From an uncultured virus (IMG/VR IMGVR_UViG_3300048536_000227) (Duplodnaviria > Heunggongvirae > Uroviricota > Caudoviricetes), in the IMG/VR virus record IMGVR_UViG_3300048536_000227: a stretch of DNA of 64,000 nucleotides; one strand, 5' to 3'. A model generated the notes under the pieces. It saw only the letters and a program-made list of their open reading frames with translations, ran no database searches and was not told the DNA's origin. Numbering within the stretch: position 1 is the stretch's first letter; every line of letters begins with the position of its first letter. Below, in pieces: positions 19,276 through 30,532 of the stretch. The translations under genes and the position numbers were made by a program.

Positions 19276-21777
19276 ATGAATCTAGCGAGCTCTTTCTATA
19301 CAAGTGTTTTAGAACACAAAGGTAAACTTCTTATAAGAGGCGTTGCCAACGGAGAGTCGTATCTAAGTAGAATCAATTATCGACCAACTTTGTTTATGCC
19401 TAGCAAAACACAAACGGCATATAAGTCACTAGACAATATACAATTGGCACCTAAAAGATTTGATTCTATTTCAAAGGCAAAACATTTCTATGACGAGTAT
19501 AAATCTATTCCGGAATACAAAATCTATGGAATGAATCGTTATCAATATCAATATATTGCTGACGAATATAAAGACGACATAAGATGGAATAAAGATTATA
19601 TTAAAATATTTACACTTGATATAGAGACCGAGTGTGAAAACGGTTTTCCCGATCCTGATACTGCAAAAGAAACTATTATTTGTATAACAGTTAAGAACCA
19701 TAGTAACAAACAAATTCTTACATGGGGAACTGGTGATTTCATTGCTAAAAAATCAAATGTAACTTATATCAAATGTCAAAATGAAAAACATCTTCTATTA
19801 GAGTTTCTAAAATTCTGGTGTAAAAATCATCCTGATATATTGACTGGTTGGAATGTTAGATTTTTTGACATGCCATATTTGATGAATAGAATGAGATACC
19901 TTTTTGACAATGATACTATTAACAAAATGTCACCTTGGAATTATGTTAATGCTGATCGTGTTCAAATGGGTCAAAACAATAAACAGTATTGGAATATATT
20001 AGGTGTTTCTATATTAGATTACTTTGAACTGTATAGAAAATTTACCTATGTAAGGCAAGAGTCTTATAAACTAGATTACATTGGTAAAGTAGAACTAGGC
20101 GAACAGAAATTAGAAAATCCTTACGATACATTTAAAGAGTTTTATACAAAAGATTATCAAAAGTTTGTAGAATATAATATCCAAGACGTTGAACTTGTTG
20201 ATAAACTAGAAGACAAAATGCGTTTGATTGAGTTGTGTTTAACTATGGCATACGATTACAAAGTAAATTATAACGATGTGTATTCGCAAGTAAGATGTTG
20301 GGATACATTAATCTATAATCATCTAAGAAAAAAGAATATAGTAATACCACCAAGAGAAGACCATGAGAAGTCAACTCAATATGAAGGTGCGTATGTAAAA
20401 GACCCACAACCAGGATTGCATGAATGGATTTGTTCGTTTGATTTGAACTCACTATATCCACACTTGATTATGGAATATAATATTAGTCCTGAAATGTTTG
20501 CTGGTGTAGAACCTAGAGCGGTAGGTGTAGAAAACTTTTTAGCAGAAAAACTAAATCTTAAATTTGCAAAAGATAAAGATGTTACTATTGCACCAAACGG
20601 TGCCATGTTTAAAAAAGATAAACAAGGTTTCTTGCCTGAACTAATGGAAAAAATGTATACCGATCGTGTTGTTTATAAAAAGAAAATGATCGAAGCAAAA
20701 AAAGAATTTCAAAAGACAAAGGATCCTATCTATTCAAATGAGATTGCAAGATGTAATAATATTCAAATGGCAAAAAAGATTTCTTTAAACTCTGCTTATG
20801 GTGCCATTGGTAATCAATACTTTAGATACTTTGATGTTAAACAGGCAGAAGCAATCACACTTGGTGGTCAGTTGGCAATTCGTTGGGTAGAACGTGATGT
20901 AAATGCATTTATGAATAAGATATTACAAACAACCAATGTAAACTATGTTGTGGCATCTGATACAGATTCTATCTACTTAAAACTAGATAAGTTAGTTGAA
21001 AAAGTTTGTAAAGATAAATCAATTGATCAAGTTGTAGATTTTATTAACAAGGCCGCTGAAGATAAAATACAAAAAGTAATTGATAAGAGTTATGAAAAAC
21101 TTGCCGAATATATTAATGCGTATGATCAAAAAATGATTATGAAACGAGAGGCAATTGCAAACAAAGGTATATGGGTTGCTAAAAAACGTTACATGATGAA
21201 CGTATTTGATGAAGAAGGTATTAGATTTGAATCACCTAAGTTAAAGATTATGGGTGTTGAGGCAGTTAAGTCATCAACTCCAGAGGTTTGCCGAGGTAAA
21301 ATTAAAGACGCAATTAAAATTATTATGAACTCAACGCAAGATGATTTGATTAAGTTTGTTGCAGACTTTAAAAAAGATTTCTTTAAATTAAAACCTGAAG
21401 ACATTGCCTTTCCTAGATCATGTAATAATATTGACAAGTATATAGATTCTTCAAATCTGTATATAAAAGGCACACCAATACATGTAAAAGGTTCTTTAAT
21501 ATATAATCATTATCTAAGAACTCATAAATTAGAATCTAAATATCCATTAATTAAAGATGGTGAAAAAATAAAATTCTTAATGTTGAAGTTACCTAATCCT
21601 GTTAAAGATACTGTGATTGCATTTTCAACTAAGATACCAAAAGAATTTAATTTACATAAGTATGTTGACTATGATGTTCAATTTGAAAAAACATTTTCCG
21701 ATCCATTGAAGTTTATCTTAAATGCTATCAACTGGAAACTTGAACATGAGGCAACTCTGGAGGCATTTTTCGGATGA
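19276..21777 (+). CDS. gp43: gp43 family B DNA polymerase
   Basis: DIETE exonuclease motif, SFDLNSLYP, KISLNSAYG, SDTDS. Confidence 0.97.
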   Translation: MNLASSFYTSVLEHKGKLLIRGVANGESYLSRINYRPTLFMPSKTQTAYKSLDNIQLAPKRFDSISKAKHFYDEYKSIPEYKIYGMNRYQYQYIADEYKDDIRWNKDYIKIFTLDIETECENGFPDPDTAKETIICITVKNHSNKQILTWGTGDFIAKKSNVTYIKCQNEKHLLLEFLKFWCKNHPDILTGWNVRFFDMPYLMNRMRYLFDNDTINKMSPWNYVNADRVQMGQNNKQYWNILGVSILDYFELYRKFTYVRQESYKLDYIGKVELGEQKLENPYDTFKEFYTKDYQKFVEYNIQDVELVDKLEDKMRLIELCLTMAYDYKVNYNDVYSQVRCWDTLIYNHLRKKNIVIPPREDHEKSTQYEGAYVKDPQPGLHEWICSFDLNSLYPHLIMEYNISPEMFAGVEPRAVGVENFLAEKLNLKFAKDKDVTIAPNGAMFKKDKQGFLPELMEKMYTDRVVYKKKMIEAKKEFQKTKDPIYSNEIARCNNIQMAKKISLNSAYGAIGNQYFRYFDVKQAEAITLGGQLAIRWVERDVNAFMNKILQTTNVNYVVASDTDSIYLKLDKLVEKVCKDKSIDQVVDFINKAAEDKIQKVIDKSYEKLAEYINAYDQKMIMKREAIANKGIWVAKKRYMMNVFDEEGIRFESPKLKIMGVEAVKSSTPEVCRGKIKDAIKIIMNSTQDDLIKFVADFKKDFFKLKPEDIAFPRSCNNIDKYIDSSNLYIKGTPIHVKGSLIYNHYLRTHKLESKYPLIKDGEKIKFLMLKLPNPVKDTVIAFSTKIPKEFNLHKYVDYDVQFEKTFSDPLKFILNAINWKLEHEATLEAFFG

Positions 21778-21926
21778 CAAATGCCATAATACTATTGATG
21801 CTATTTTATATGAGTATCTGGTTATTTTTTCATTGGGGTGAAAGACTTGCAATGACAAGAATAGATACTAAAACATTTTTAATTATAATATTGACAATAT
21901 GGATATCGATAAAAAGTATAACGTAA
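21774..21926 (+). CDS. Small two-helix membrane protein (50 aa)
   Basis: Manual ORF MTNAIILLMLFYMSIWLFFHWGERLAM...; ATGA overlap with gp43 and GGAGG SD. Confidence 0.55.
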   Translation: MTNAIILLMLFYMSIWLFFHWGERLAMTRIDTKTFLIIILTIWISIKSIT

Positions 21927-22441
21927 TATATGCCGACCCACCATGGTCGTTTAAAACTTATTCTGACAAGGGCAAAGATAGAAGTCCTGAAAATCATTAT
22001 AACGTTATGTCTTTACAGGACATAAAAGATTTGCCAGTAAATAAGATTGCAAATGATGATTCAGTTTTATTAATGTGGGTCATTGATCCTTTATTAGATA
22101 AAGCATTTGAAGTAATAAACGCATGGGGATTTAAATATAAAACTGTTGCATTTACATGGGCAAAGACAAATAAAACTAAACCTGGTTTCTTTACAGGATT
22201 AGGATATTGGACTAGAGGCAATCCTGAAATGTGTTTACTTGCAACAAAGGGTAAACCTAAAAGACTAAGTAAGTCTGTACCACAACTAGTCGTAGAACAA
22301 CGTAGAGAACATAGCAGAAAACCAGATATAATGTACAACCATATAGAGAACTTACTAGAGGGACCTTATATTGAAATGTTTGCTAGAACACAAAAACCTG
22401 GTTGGGATGCATGGGGCAATCAACTTGACAAATTTAAATAA
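21899..22441 (+). CDS. MT-A70 family adenine methyltransferase
   Basis: IYADPPW, HSRKP, IEMFAR, GWDAWGNQ. Confidence 0.9.
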   Translation: MDIDKKYNVIYADPPWSFKTYSDKGKDRSPENHYNVMSLQDIKDLPVNKIANDDSVLLMWVIDPLLDKAFEVINAWGFKYKTVAFTWAKTNKTKPGFFTGLGYWTRGNPEMCLLATKGKPKRLSKSVPQLVVEQRREHSRKPDIMYNHIENLLEGPYIEMFARTQKPGWDAWGNQLDKFK

Positions 22442-22457
22442 TGTGTTATAATATAGT

Positions 22458-23723
22458 ATGAATTATTTGAAAAAATACGCAAATGAAAACAAGTTGCCTA
22501 TAATGGATCAACTTACGTTTGAGCGTATAACAAACACTATTGGCAAAGAGAAATTTAGAGAAGACCTAGCAGAATATATTTCTGTTGTTAGGCCTGTATA
22601 TCCTTTAAAACAAATCTCATATGACATAATGAGACAATCATTTAAGAGTTTACAAAAACAAGATGTTTGGGAATATGTTAAACCATTAGAACAACTAGAA
22701 AAAAACGTTAAAGAAAAATATGATGATTTAAAATATAATTTTAAAGATCATGGTCTAGGTGTTATTGGTGCACCATCTATTTACAATGATGTTTCAAATT
22801 ATTTTCACCAAGATTTAAGATTAAATTGTTCAAGTTATGGATTTAAAGCACCATTAGATGTGTGGTACAACGGCACAGCAAAAGATATATGGCGATGTTT
22901 AGGTCCTATATGGCGTGGTATCAATGGTATGAAACCTGCTATGATAGATGGCAAACAAGAACTAAGAGGTGGTGCATTGCATGAAGCAAGTTACATGAGT
23001 GCATTTAGATTAGGAACTTATATTGCAACACAATTTAAACCTAATGTTGCAAAAGCAATATATCAAATGACAGACGCAAAAAGAGTATTAGATACTAGTT
23101 GTGGTTGGGGTGATAGACTTGCTGGTTTCTTTACTAGTGACGCTGAAGAATATATCGGTTGCGATCCTAATCCTAACACTTATAAACTATACATGAAACA
23201 GATAGAAATTTATAATAGTTTTTTACCTGAAGATAAACAAAAAAAAGTTACTATCTATAATTGCGGTGCTGAAGATTTGCCATGGGATGAAATAAAAGAT
23301 ATTGATTGTGCCTTTACAAGTCCACCTTATTTCTCAACTGAAAGATATAATGAAGGTGGTGAAAAAGAAGAAAATCAATCATGGTTTAAATTTGATGAAT
23401 ATGCTAAATGGCGTGATGACTTTTATTTACCAGTTGCACAAAAAAGTTTTGAGAGATCAAAACATATGTTTGTAAACATTATGGATCCAACAATTAAAGG
23501 TAAGAGATATTTTAGTTGTGATGAATTAGTTGATAGTTTAAAAGAACACTTTGTAGGACAAATCGGTATGAGAATAATGCAAAGACCTAAATCAGATAAA
23601 CTATTTGAAAGTGAAGAAGCAAAAGCAGAATTTATGAATCGTATTTTTATTGAAAACGTTTGGTGTTTTTCAAAAGAAAAAATAGATTACTTTAGACACA
23701 GTAGAAAGGCAACCTTGTTTTAA
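22458..23723 (+). CDS. Amino (N4-C/N6-A) DNA methyltransferase
   Basis: LDTSCGWGDRL, FTSPPYF; promoter TTGACA-N16-TATAAT at 22425-22452. Confidence 0.8.
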   Translation: MNYLKKYANENKLPIMDQLTFERITNTIGKEKFREDLAEYISVVRPVYPLKQISYDIMRQSFKSLQKQDVWEYVKPLEQLEKNVKEKYDDLKYNFKDHGLGVIGAPSIYNDVSNYFHQDLRLNCSSYGFKAPLDVWYNGTAKDIWRCLGPIWRGINGMKPAMIDGKQELRGGALHEASYMSAFRLGTYIATQFKPNVAKAIYQMTDAKRVLDTSCGWGDRLAGFFTSDAEEYIGCDPNPNTYKLYMKQIEIYNSFLPEDKQKKVTIYNCGAEDLPWDEIKDIDCAFTSPPYFSTERYNEGGEKEENQSWFKFDEYAKWRDDFYLPVAQKSFERSKHMFVNIMDPTIKGKRYFSCDELVDSLKEHFVGQIGMRIMQRPKSDKLFESEEAKAEFMNRIFIENVWCFSKEKIDYFRHSRKATLF

Positions 23724-23728
23724 TAAAT

Positions 23729-24022
23729 ATGATCATGTCAATAACAAAAATAGATTACGAAGATAAAAAAGAATATTGGGATTACCAAAGACTTTTAGAA
23801 TACAATAGAGAACTATTGCAAAAAAGATTAAATAGAGTCGATGGTAAGATATTTGGTCCTTTAGGTAGAGTTGAAGCAGATGAATTTTATGATAACATTT
23901 GGGCAACAGTTTCAAATGAAGACTTAGAAGAGGCACCTAAAGAATGGGTACCAAAAGACCCTAAATTTAGATTTGAATGGGAAGGTGAACCAGTTGACAT
24001 TAATAATATACAAGAACTGTAA
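23729..24022 (+). CDS. Hypothetical protein
   Basis: ORF track; packed in the operon. Confidence 0.55.
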   Translation: MIMSITKIDYEDKKEYWDYQRLLEYNRELLQKRLNRVDGKIFGPLGRVEADEFYDNIWATVSNEDLEEAPKEWVPKDPKFRFEWEGEPVDINNIQEL

Positions 24023-24123
24023 ACCCTTTGAACGATATAATTTTAACCCAAAGGATATTGACAAAGTAAAGAAAATGTGTTATACTAATAGTATAAAATG
24101 GTTTGTTATAATAGGAGAACAAG

Positions 24124-25143
24124 ATGAGTGATTTTTTAAAAGATATAATAAAAGAAACAGGTAATGAATACGCTACACTTATTAGTGAGGGTATTGAGGC
24201 AGGTGATGTAGATAGTTTTATTGATACAGGATCCCATGCTTTAAATGCTTTATTATCAGGTTCTATATATGGTGGTATGCCATCAAATAAGATTACAGCG
24301 ATTGCTGGTGAAGCTGCAACAGGTAAAACTTTCTTTGCATTAGGAATAGTAAAAGCATTTTTAGATAAGAACAAAGACGCAGGTGTAATTTACTTTGAAT
24401 CAGAAAGTGCGTTAACAAAAGAATTAGTTGAGGCAAGAGGTATTGATAGTAAAAGAATGGTAGTTGTGCCAGTTGCAACAGTACAAGAATTTAGACATCA
24501 ATCAATAAAGGTTGTTGACAAATATTTAGAACAGGATGCTTCTAAAAGAAAACCTTTAATGTTTGTATTAGATAGTTTAGGTATGCTATCTACAACAAAA
24601 GAAATGGAAGACACAGCAGAAGGTAAAGAAACTAGAGACATGACAAGATCACAAATTGTCAAGGCCGCATTTAGAGTATTAACATTGAAATTAGGTAAAG
24701 CAAAAGTTCCTATGATTATGACAAACCATACTTATGATGTTATTGGTTCAATGTTTCCACAAAAAGAAATGGGTGGTGGTTCTGGTTTAAAGTATGCTGC
24801 TTCTAATATTGTTTATCTTTCAAAACGTAAAGAGAAAGATGGCAAAGAAATTGTGGGTAATATTATTCACTGTAAGAATTACAAGTCAAGGTTAACAAAA
24901 GAAAATGCTTTAATAGATGTTAGATTAACATATAAAGATGGCCTTGATAAGTATTATGGGTTGCTTGATCTTGCATTGAAACATGAAATATTTAAATCTG
25001 TTTCAACAAGAATTGAGTTACCAGATGGTACAAAACAATATGCTAAGACAATTAATAACGAACCCGAAAAGTTTTTTACTAAAGACATTCTTAAGCAGAT
25101 TGATGAAGTAGCTAAAAAAGAGTTTCTATATGGACAAGACTAA
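24124..25143 (+). CDS. uvsX: UvsX RecA-like recombinase
   Basis: [27 protein letters not shown]. Confidence 0.95.
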   Translation: MSDFLKDIIKETGNEYATLISEGIEAGDVDSFIDTGSHALNALLSGSIYGGMPSNKITAIAGEAATGKTFFALGIVKAFLDKNKDAGVIYFESESALTKELVEARGIDSKRMVVVPVATVQEFRHQSIKVVDKYLEQDASKRKPLMFVLDSLGMLSTTKEMEDTAEGKETRDMTRSQIVKAAFRVLTLKLGKAKVPMIMTNHTYDVIGSMFPQKEMGGGSGLKYAASNIVYLSKRKEKDGKEIVGNIIHCKNYKSRLTKENALIDVRLTYKDGLDKYYGLLDLALKHEIFKSVSTRIELPDGTKQYAKTINNEPEKFFTKDILKQIDEVAKKEFLYGQD

Positions 25144-25423
25144 GAAAAAATATCATTATGCTCAACGTGACGTTGACGATTATTCGTGTATCAAAATCAG
25201 CGAAGGAAAATATGAAGGTGTTATTTACACTTATGGTAAGGTTATGTTTGCTTCTGAAGCAAATCAACAAGACAAGTTACCATTAAAGTTTGAATATACT
25301 GTTAAGAAAAATCCTAAAGATGTTGATACCGAATCTCAGGAATTTAGAACGTTGATCGGTGATATATTAGTCGATGAAATAGAGGAACAATTAAAAAATG
25401 GAAAGCTACAACTCAACAAGTAA
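25130..25423 (+). CDS. Conserved hypothetical protein between uvsX and gp41
   Basis: GVIYTYGKV...IGDILV; syntenic position. Confidence 0.6.
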   Translation: MDKTKKKYHYAQRDVDDYSCIKISEGKYEGVIYTYGKVMFASEANQQDKLPLKFEYTVKKNPKDVDTESQEFRTLIGDILVDEIEEQLKNGKLQLNK

Positions 25424-26804
25424 ATTTGAACAAACAATTTTAACTAATCTTATTCATAATGAAGAATTTGCCAGAAAGGCAGTTCCTTTTTTAAAAGAAG
25501 AATATTTTAAAGATAGAGTTGAAATTACTTTGTTTAATATCATAAATACCTTTATAGGAAAATATAATAATCTTCCTACTAAAGAGGCGATCGGTATCGA
25601 GTTATCAAACTTAAAAACAATTACCGAAGAAGAACATAATCAAGCAAAATCATTATTGAATACTTTGACTTACGAAGAAGTTGACTCAAAGTGGTTGATC
25701 GATACAACTGAAAAATTTTGTAAAGATCGTGCTGTATATAATGCTGTATTATCAGGAATAAGGATTATAGATGGCAAAGATAAAAAACACACTCCCGAGG
25801 CGATACCGAGCATCCTTAGTGAGGCTCTTGCTGTTTCTTTTGATCAGCATATTGGCCATGATTATCTAAAACAACCAGATGTTAGATTTGATTATTATCA
25901 CAAAGTTGAAGAACGTCTAAGATTTGATTTAAACTATTTCAATCGTATTACAAAAGGTGGATTACCACCTAAAACTTTAAATGTTGCTCTTGCAGGAACA
26001 GGTGTTGGTAAATCGTTGTTTATGTGTCATGTTGCTTCTTCAATGTTGGCACAAGGCAGAAACGTCTTATACATCACTCTGGAGATGGCAGAGGAGAGAA
26101 TAGCCGAGAGGATTGACGCTAACCTACTAGATGTGACTATTGATGATCTATATCAAATGCCAAGAGACCTATATGAGAATAAGATCAACAAAATGCAATC
26201 TAAGATAAATGGTCAATTAATCATCAAAGAATATCCAACTGCGTCTGCTCATAGTGGACATTTCAAATCATTATTCGATGAACTGTCTTTAAAGAAATCT
26301 TTTAAACCAGATATTGTATTCATAGATTATTTGAATATATGTACAAGTGCAAGATTTAAAGGTGGTAATATTAATTCATATACAATGATTAAATCTATTG
26401 CTGAAGAACTTAGAGGACTTGCTGTTCAATACAGTGTTCCTATCGTGTCTGCTACACAAACAACTAGAACTGGTTTTATGTCAAGTGATGTAGGACTAGA
26501 AGATACATCAGAAAGTTTTGGTCTACCTGCAACTGCTGACTTTATGTTTGCCCTAATCTCAAATGAAGAACTTGAAGAACTAGGACAAATGAAAGTTAAA
26601 CAATTGAAAAATCGTTACAATGATCCTGCTATTAATCGTGCCTTTATCATTGGTGTTGATAGATCAAAAATGAGATTGTATGATGTAGAAAACAATGCTC
26701 AACAAATAGTAGATAGTAACCAAGAGTCACAGGAGAAGATAGATACACCATCTGGTCCTCAACCTGTTGACCCTTACGATAAATTTTCAGGATTTAAAGT
26801 ATGA
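25398..26804 (+). CDS. gp41: gp41 DnaB-like replicative helicase
   Basis: AGTGVGKS, ITLEMAEE, IDYLNI, SESFGLPATAD, KNRY. Confidence 0.96.
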   Translation: MESYNSTSKFEQTILTNLIHNEEFARKAVPFLKEEYFKDRVEITLFNIINTFIGKYNNLPTKEAIGIELSNLKTITEEEHNQAKSLLNTLTYEEVDSKWLIDTTEKFCKDRAVYNAVLSGIRIIDGKDKKHTPEAIPSILSEALAVSFDQHIGHDYLKQPDVRFDYYHKVEERLRFDLNYFNRITKGGLPPKTLNVALAGTGVGKSLFMCHVASSMLAQGRNVLYITLEMAEERIAERIDANLLDVTIDDLYQMPRDLYENKINKMQSKINGQLIIKEYPTASAHSGHFKSLFDELSLKKSFKPDIVFIDYLNICTSARFKGGNINSYTMIKSIAEELRGLAVQYSVPIVSATQTTRTGFMSSDVGLEDTSESFGLPATADFMFALISNEELEELGQMKVKQLKNRYNDPAINRAFIIGVDRSKMRLYDVENNAQQIVDSNQESQEKIDTPSGPQPVDPYDKFSGFKV

Positions 26805-27085
26805 TAAAAAAGAAACCATCAATATATTATAAGGCACAAATGGTAAAATTAAAAGGTAAGATTATCTGGCGTGCCGTAGAAATGCCTAGTAAACTTGTTT
26901 TCAAAGAGTCTTTTTTTGAAGAAGATATAAAAGAGATTGTCAAATTTCAAAATCAAAATAAGACATTTGGAGCGTTTGGGTTTCCACCATTTTTTGATTT
27001 AAGAAATAGTAGTGAAAAACTATTAGACAATGGTAAAAGTAAATACAACTCCCCGCCAAGAACTAGAGGCCGAAGTCGTGCATAA
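26801..27085 (+). CDS. Hypothetical protein
   Basis: ATGA overlap with gp41. Confidence 0.55.
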   Translation: MIKKKPSIYYKAQMVKLKGKIIWRAVEMPSKLVFKESFFEEDIKEIVKFQNQNKTFGAFGFPPFFDLRNSSEKLLDNGKSKYNSPPRTRGRSRA

Positions 27086-27093
27086 ATATATGT

Positions 27094-28623
27094 ATGTCAA
27101 CATTCACATATGAAAAAGTCGGACAATACGGTAGCGAAGTAGTTGCTAGAATTGTAGCAGATAAAGGTAGAGTAAAAGTAAAAGATGGCAATTATTATGT
27201 CATTGACATTTCTAAAAATAGTACCTTTGATCAGTTTAAACAGCTTGTTAAACAAGGTAAATTTAGAAAATTACAAGATTGGTTAAAAAATCATCAATTT
27301 GAAGTTAAAGAACCAAAGTCTCGTTCACCAAAATTTCAAAAGATAGGGTGGACTGAAATAGAAAAAACTGTATTCAGTTCCAAAAGTGTTAAAATATCAA
27401 CACAACAACAAGAACAAATAACTTTAGCAATAATCAAAGCAGTATTAGGGGATGATACCAAAACTTGGAAAACATTCTCTGAAATGTTTGAAGATAAAAA
27501 ATCTCCAATAAAAAAAATATTTCCAGACTTAAAAAAACTTGATGACTGGTGGTCCCACTTTACGTTACAGTTTAACGAAATATCAGGTTTAGGTAAGTTT
27601 CCTAATTCAAGTTATCAGGTTTACCTATATGATGGAAAAGGTTCTTTTATGGAATATATTAGTGACCTAGTTGTAAAAGAAATGAACTTATTTTCTAAAA
27701 AAGATTCTTGGAACCCTGCTGATATTTGGTTGGTAAAATCTGCTAAGATTCAAAAAGAGTATGTAGAAAAATTTGATGATATAGCAAAAGAATTTAGTAA
27801 AGGTGACAAGAGTAAATATGCTGAGAATCCAGATGAAGCAATAAGAGAAATTAACGCTATATTAAAAATGGCATATAATAAAAAAGATATAGTTGGTATA
27901 TCTTTAAAGAAATCAGATGGTAAAAATATATATTATCAGGAGTTTAATCTACAAGCAAAATTTAAAGATCAAAAACTACCTGATGTTGCATTTGATAGAA
28001 TAGAGATTGATTGTACTTACAATAAAAAAACACATGCATTTGAATCAAAAACTTCCCAGGTCTATGTAAAAGATGGTGATAGAGGAGGATTTAAACTAGG
28101 ATTTAAATCAAATACTGGTGCAGGTATAGGAAATATCACTTATGAATTTTTACCTGATGGAAAGGCATCTGCGTTTTTAGGTAAAGTACCTAAAGATAAA
28201 TTAAAAGAATGGTTAGTAGATCATATTAATAAAAAAGTAAAAGGTAAATTAGTATCTGAAGATGTACAGATGCCACAAGGAAATCTTTTACCAGAGAAAT
28301 GGACTAAAGCGTATGAAACTGAATGGAAAGAAAAAATAAAATTTATTAATAGTATGTTTAATAAATCAGAATTAAAAGAAGAACGATTAGAAGACTTTGT
28401 TAGTAATTTAGCAGACTCATATAAACATGAAGGACTACATGGAAAAAATGCTTCAATGCAACAGATGGTAGATTTTGTATGGATTCTAGCAAAACTAAAA
28501 TCTAACAAGGCAGAGGGTAAAAATAAAGGAAATAACCTTACAAGGTTTCTGACATTATGTTATTATTTTGCACAAAAGAAAGGGCAAATATATAACTTTG
28601 GACCATTCGCTAAAGTATATTAG
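27094..28623 (+). CDS. Hypothetical protein with a PD-(D/E)xK-like nuclease motif
   Basis: KDSWNPADIWLV ... VGISLKK; CATAAATA late-promoter-like element just upstream. Confidence 0.5.
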   Translation: MSTFTYEKVGQYGSEVVARIVADKGRVKVKDGNYYVIDISKNSTFDQFKQLVKQGKFRKLQDWLKNHQFEVKEPKSRSPKFQKIGWTEIEKTVFSSKSVKISTQQQEQITLAIIKAVLGDDTKTWKTFSEMFEDKKSPIKKIFPDLKKLDDWWSHFTLQFNEISGLGKFPNSSYQVYLYDGKGSFMEYISDLVVKEMNLFSKKDSWNPADIWLVKSAKIQKEYVEKFDDIAKEFSKGDKSKYAENPDEAIREINAILKMAYNKKDIVGISLKKSDGKNIYYQEFNLQAKFKDQKLPDVAFDRIEIDCTYNKKTHAFESKTSQVYVKDGDRGGFKLGFKSNTGAGIGNITYEFLPDGKASAFLGKVPKDKLKEWLVDHINKKVKGKLVSEDVQMPQGNLLPEKWTKAYETEWKEKIKFINSMFNKSELKEERLEDFVSNLADSYKHEGLHGKNASMQQMVDFVWILAKLKSNKAEGKNKGNNLTRFLTLCYYFAQKKGQIYNFGPFAKVY

Positions 28624-28624
28624 T

Positions 28625-28632
28625 TATAAATA
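28625..28632 (+). promoter_or_regulatory. T4-type late promoter
   Basis: Exact TATAAATA in the intergenic region. Confidence 0.65.
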
Positions 28633-28724
28633 GTAATAAAAAGATTGTATTTGTTGATGGAATAGTGCTTGACAAATAGCACTAAATTTGATATAATATA
28701 TTATATGGATAACGTGGGAGAAAC

Positions 28725-29948
28725 ATGCAAAGTTTTAAACAATATTTAAGTGAGGCTAAAAATACTCACTTAGAACATTTAGAAGATTCTATCATTAATG
28801 ATGGATATGAAGGTGGTGTTAATGCCATTACATTTCTTAAATCATTAAGAGATATGCTTATAGGATCGTCAAGTAGAGGATTAAACGTTTCAGTAAAATG
28901 GGACGGTGCTCCTGCTGTGATCTGTGGAATCAATCCTGAAAACGGCAAATTCTTTGTTGGATCAAAATCAGTATTCAACGTAACTCCCAAAATAAATTAT
29001 ACATCTGCTGATATTAGAAGAAATCACACAGGTGGACTTGCTGAAAAATTACAAGTCGCATTAGTAGAATTAAAGAAATTAGGAATCAAAGGTGTTGTTC
29101 AAGGTGACTTTTTATACACTAACAACGAATTAAAAAGTGCCAACATAAGAGGTGAAAGTGTTTTAACTTTTACACCTAATACAATCACATATGCTGTGCC
29201 TACAGAAAGTGCAATAGGTAAAAGAATTGCCTCTGCTAAAATGGGTATCATATTTCATACAACATATACTGGTAGAAAAATGGCAGACTTAAAAGCAAAC
29301 TTTGGTGTGAACATAAGTTCATTTAGAAAAACATCATCTGTATTTTTTGATGACGCAGGATATAAAGACGCTTCAGGTGTTGCTACGTTTACAACTGCTG
29401 AAAGTGAAAGATATGATGCTATGTTAAGAATGGCATTTGGTTCTGTAAGTAAAGGCAAACCAATATTAAACTTATTAAGTAAACAACAAAATTTATATTC
29501 TGTTGGTGCTAGACTTAAAATATTTTTCAATGACTTTATTAGAAGAGGAAAATCAATAGAAAATGTAAGTAAGTTAGTATCACAATTTAGAACATATTAC
29601 ATCAGTGTTTTAGACAAAGAAATAGCGGCAAGAAAAACACAAAATGCAAAAGATAAATTTGAAGCAATAAAAAATGAAGGACTAAGATTTATGGAAAAAA
29701 ATGAAGTCGGTATATATTTTGCCATTGCTAGTTATGTCACATTACAAAGAGTAAAAGATTTCTTAATAAACAAAATGAATCAAATAAAAAGTATGGGAAC
29801 ATTTTTACAAAAAGATAATGGGTTTGAAGTTACAAATCCAGAAGGATATGTTGCCGTAGATAGAATGGGTAACGCTGTAAAACTAGTTGATAGATTAGAA
29901 TTTTCAACTGCTAACTTTAATATTTCTAAGAACTGGATAAAAGGATAA
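28725..29948 (+). CDS. DUF6267-like protein with ligase-type nucleotidyltransferase motifs
   Basis: KNTHLEHLED, SVKWDGAPA (KxDG), QGD, PEGYV, VKLVDR; N-terminal MQSFKQYLSE. Confidence 0.65.
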   Translation: MQSFKQYLSEAKNTHLEHLEDSIINDGYEGGVNAITFLKSLRDMLIGSSSRGLNVSVKWDGAPAVICGINPENGKFFVGSKSVFNVTPKINYTSADIRRNHTGGLAEKLQVALVELKKLGIKGVVQGDFLYTNNELKSANIRGESVLTFTPNTITYAVPTESAIGKRIASAKMGIIFHTTYTGRKMADLKANFGVNISSFRKTSSVFFDDAGYKDASGVATFTTAESERYDAMLRMAFGSVSKGKPILNLLSKQQNLYSVGARLKIFFNDFIRRGKSIENVSKLVSQFRTYYISVLDKEIAARKTQNAKDKFEAIKNEGLRFMEKNEVGIYFAIASYVTLQRVKDFLINKMNQIKSMGTFLQKDNGFEVTNPEGYVAVDRMGNAVKLVDRLEFSTANFNISKNWIKG

Positions 29949-30532
29949 TGAAAACATTTAGAACATATATTAAAGAGGCACAACAAAGACGAATAGTTAT
30001 GTTAGGTGGTCCTGGTTCAGGTAAATCAACATACACTAAGTATTTGATGGATAGATATGGCATACCTCACATATATCCAGGTGGTATGTTAAGAAAAGAA
30101 GTTGAGAAAAATACAGAAATAGGAAAACAAATTAAAGATTTAATTACAAAAGGTAAGTTTGCACCTAGTGAAATGGTTTTAAAACTTATTAAAGACAGAA
30201 TTGCAGAAAGTCCAGACGGATATGTATTAGACGGATGGCCTAGATATATGAAACAAGTAAGAGAAATGGAACGAGAAAATATCGGACATGATGTTGCTGT
30301 GTTTTTAGATGTAAGTAAAGAAGAAGTAATGAAACGATTACTTGCAAGAGGTAGAGTTGATGATACCGAAGAAGTTATCAACGATAGAATTAAACTATAC
30401 AAAGAAGAAACTGGTCCTGTTGTAGAATACTTTAGAAATAAACCTGGTTTTATAAGTATTAAAGCAGAGGGTGATACACCAGAAAACATTAGTAAAAAAA
30501 TTATTAGAGAAATAGAAAATGAAAAGCTTTAA
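29948..30532 (+). CDS. adk: Adenylate kinase-like NMP kinase
   Basis: GGPGSGKST P-loop, LDGWPR, RGRVDD short lid. Confidence 0.85.
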   Translation: MKTFRTYIKEAQQRRIVMLGGPGSGKSTYTKYLMDRYGIPHIYPGGMLRKEVEKNTEIGKQIKDLITKGKFAPSEMVLKLIKDRIAESPDGYVLDGWPRYMKQVREMERENIGHDVAVFLDVSKEEVMKRLLARGRVDDTEEVINDRIKLYKEETGPVVEYFRNKPGFISIKAEGDTPENISKKIIREIENEKL

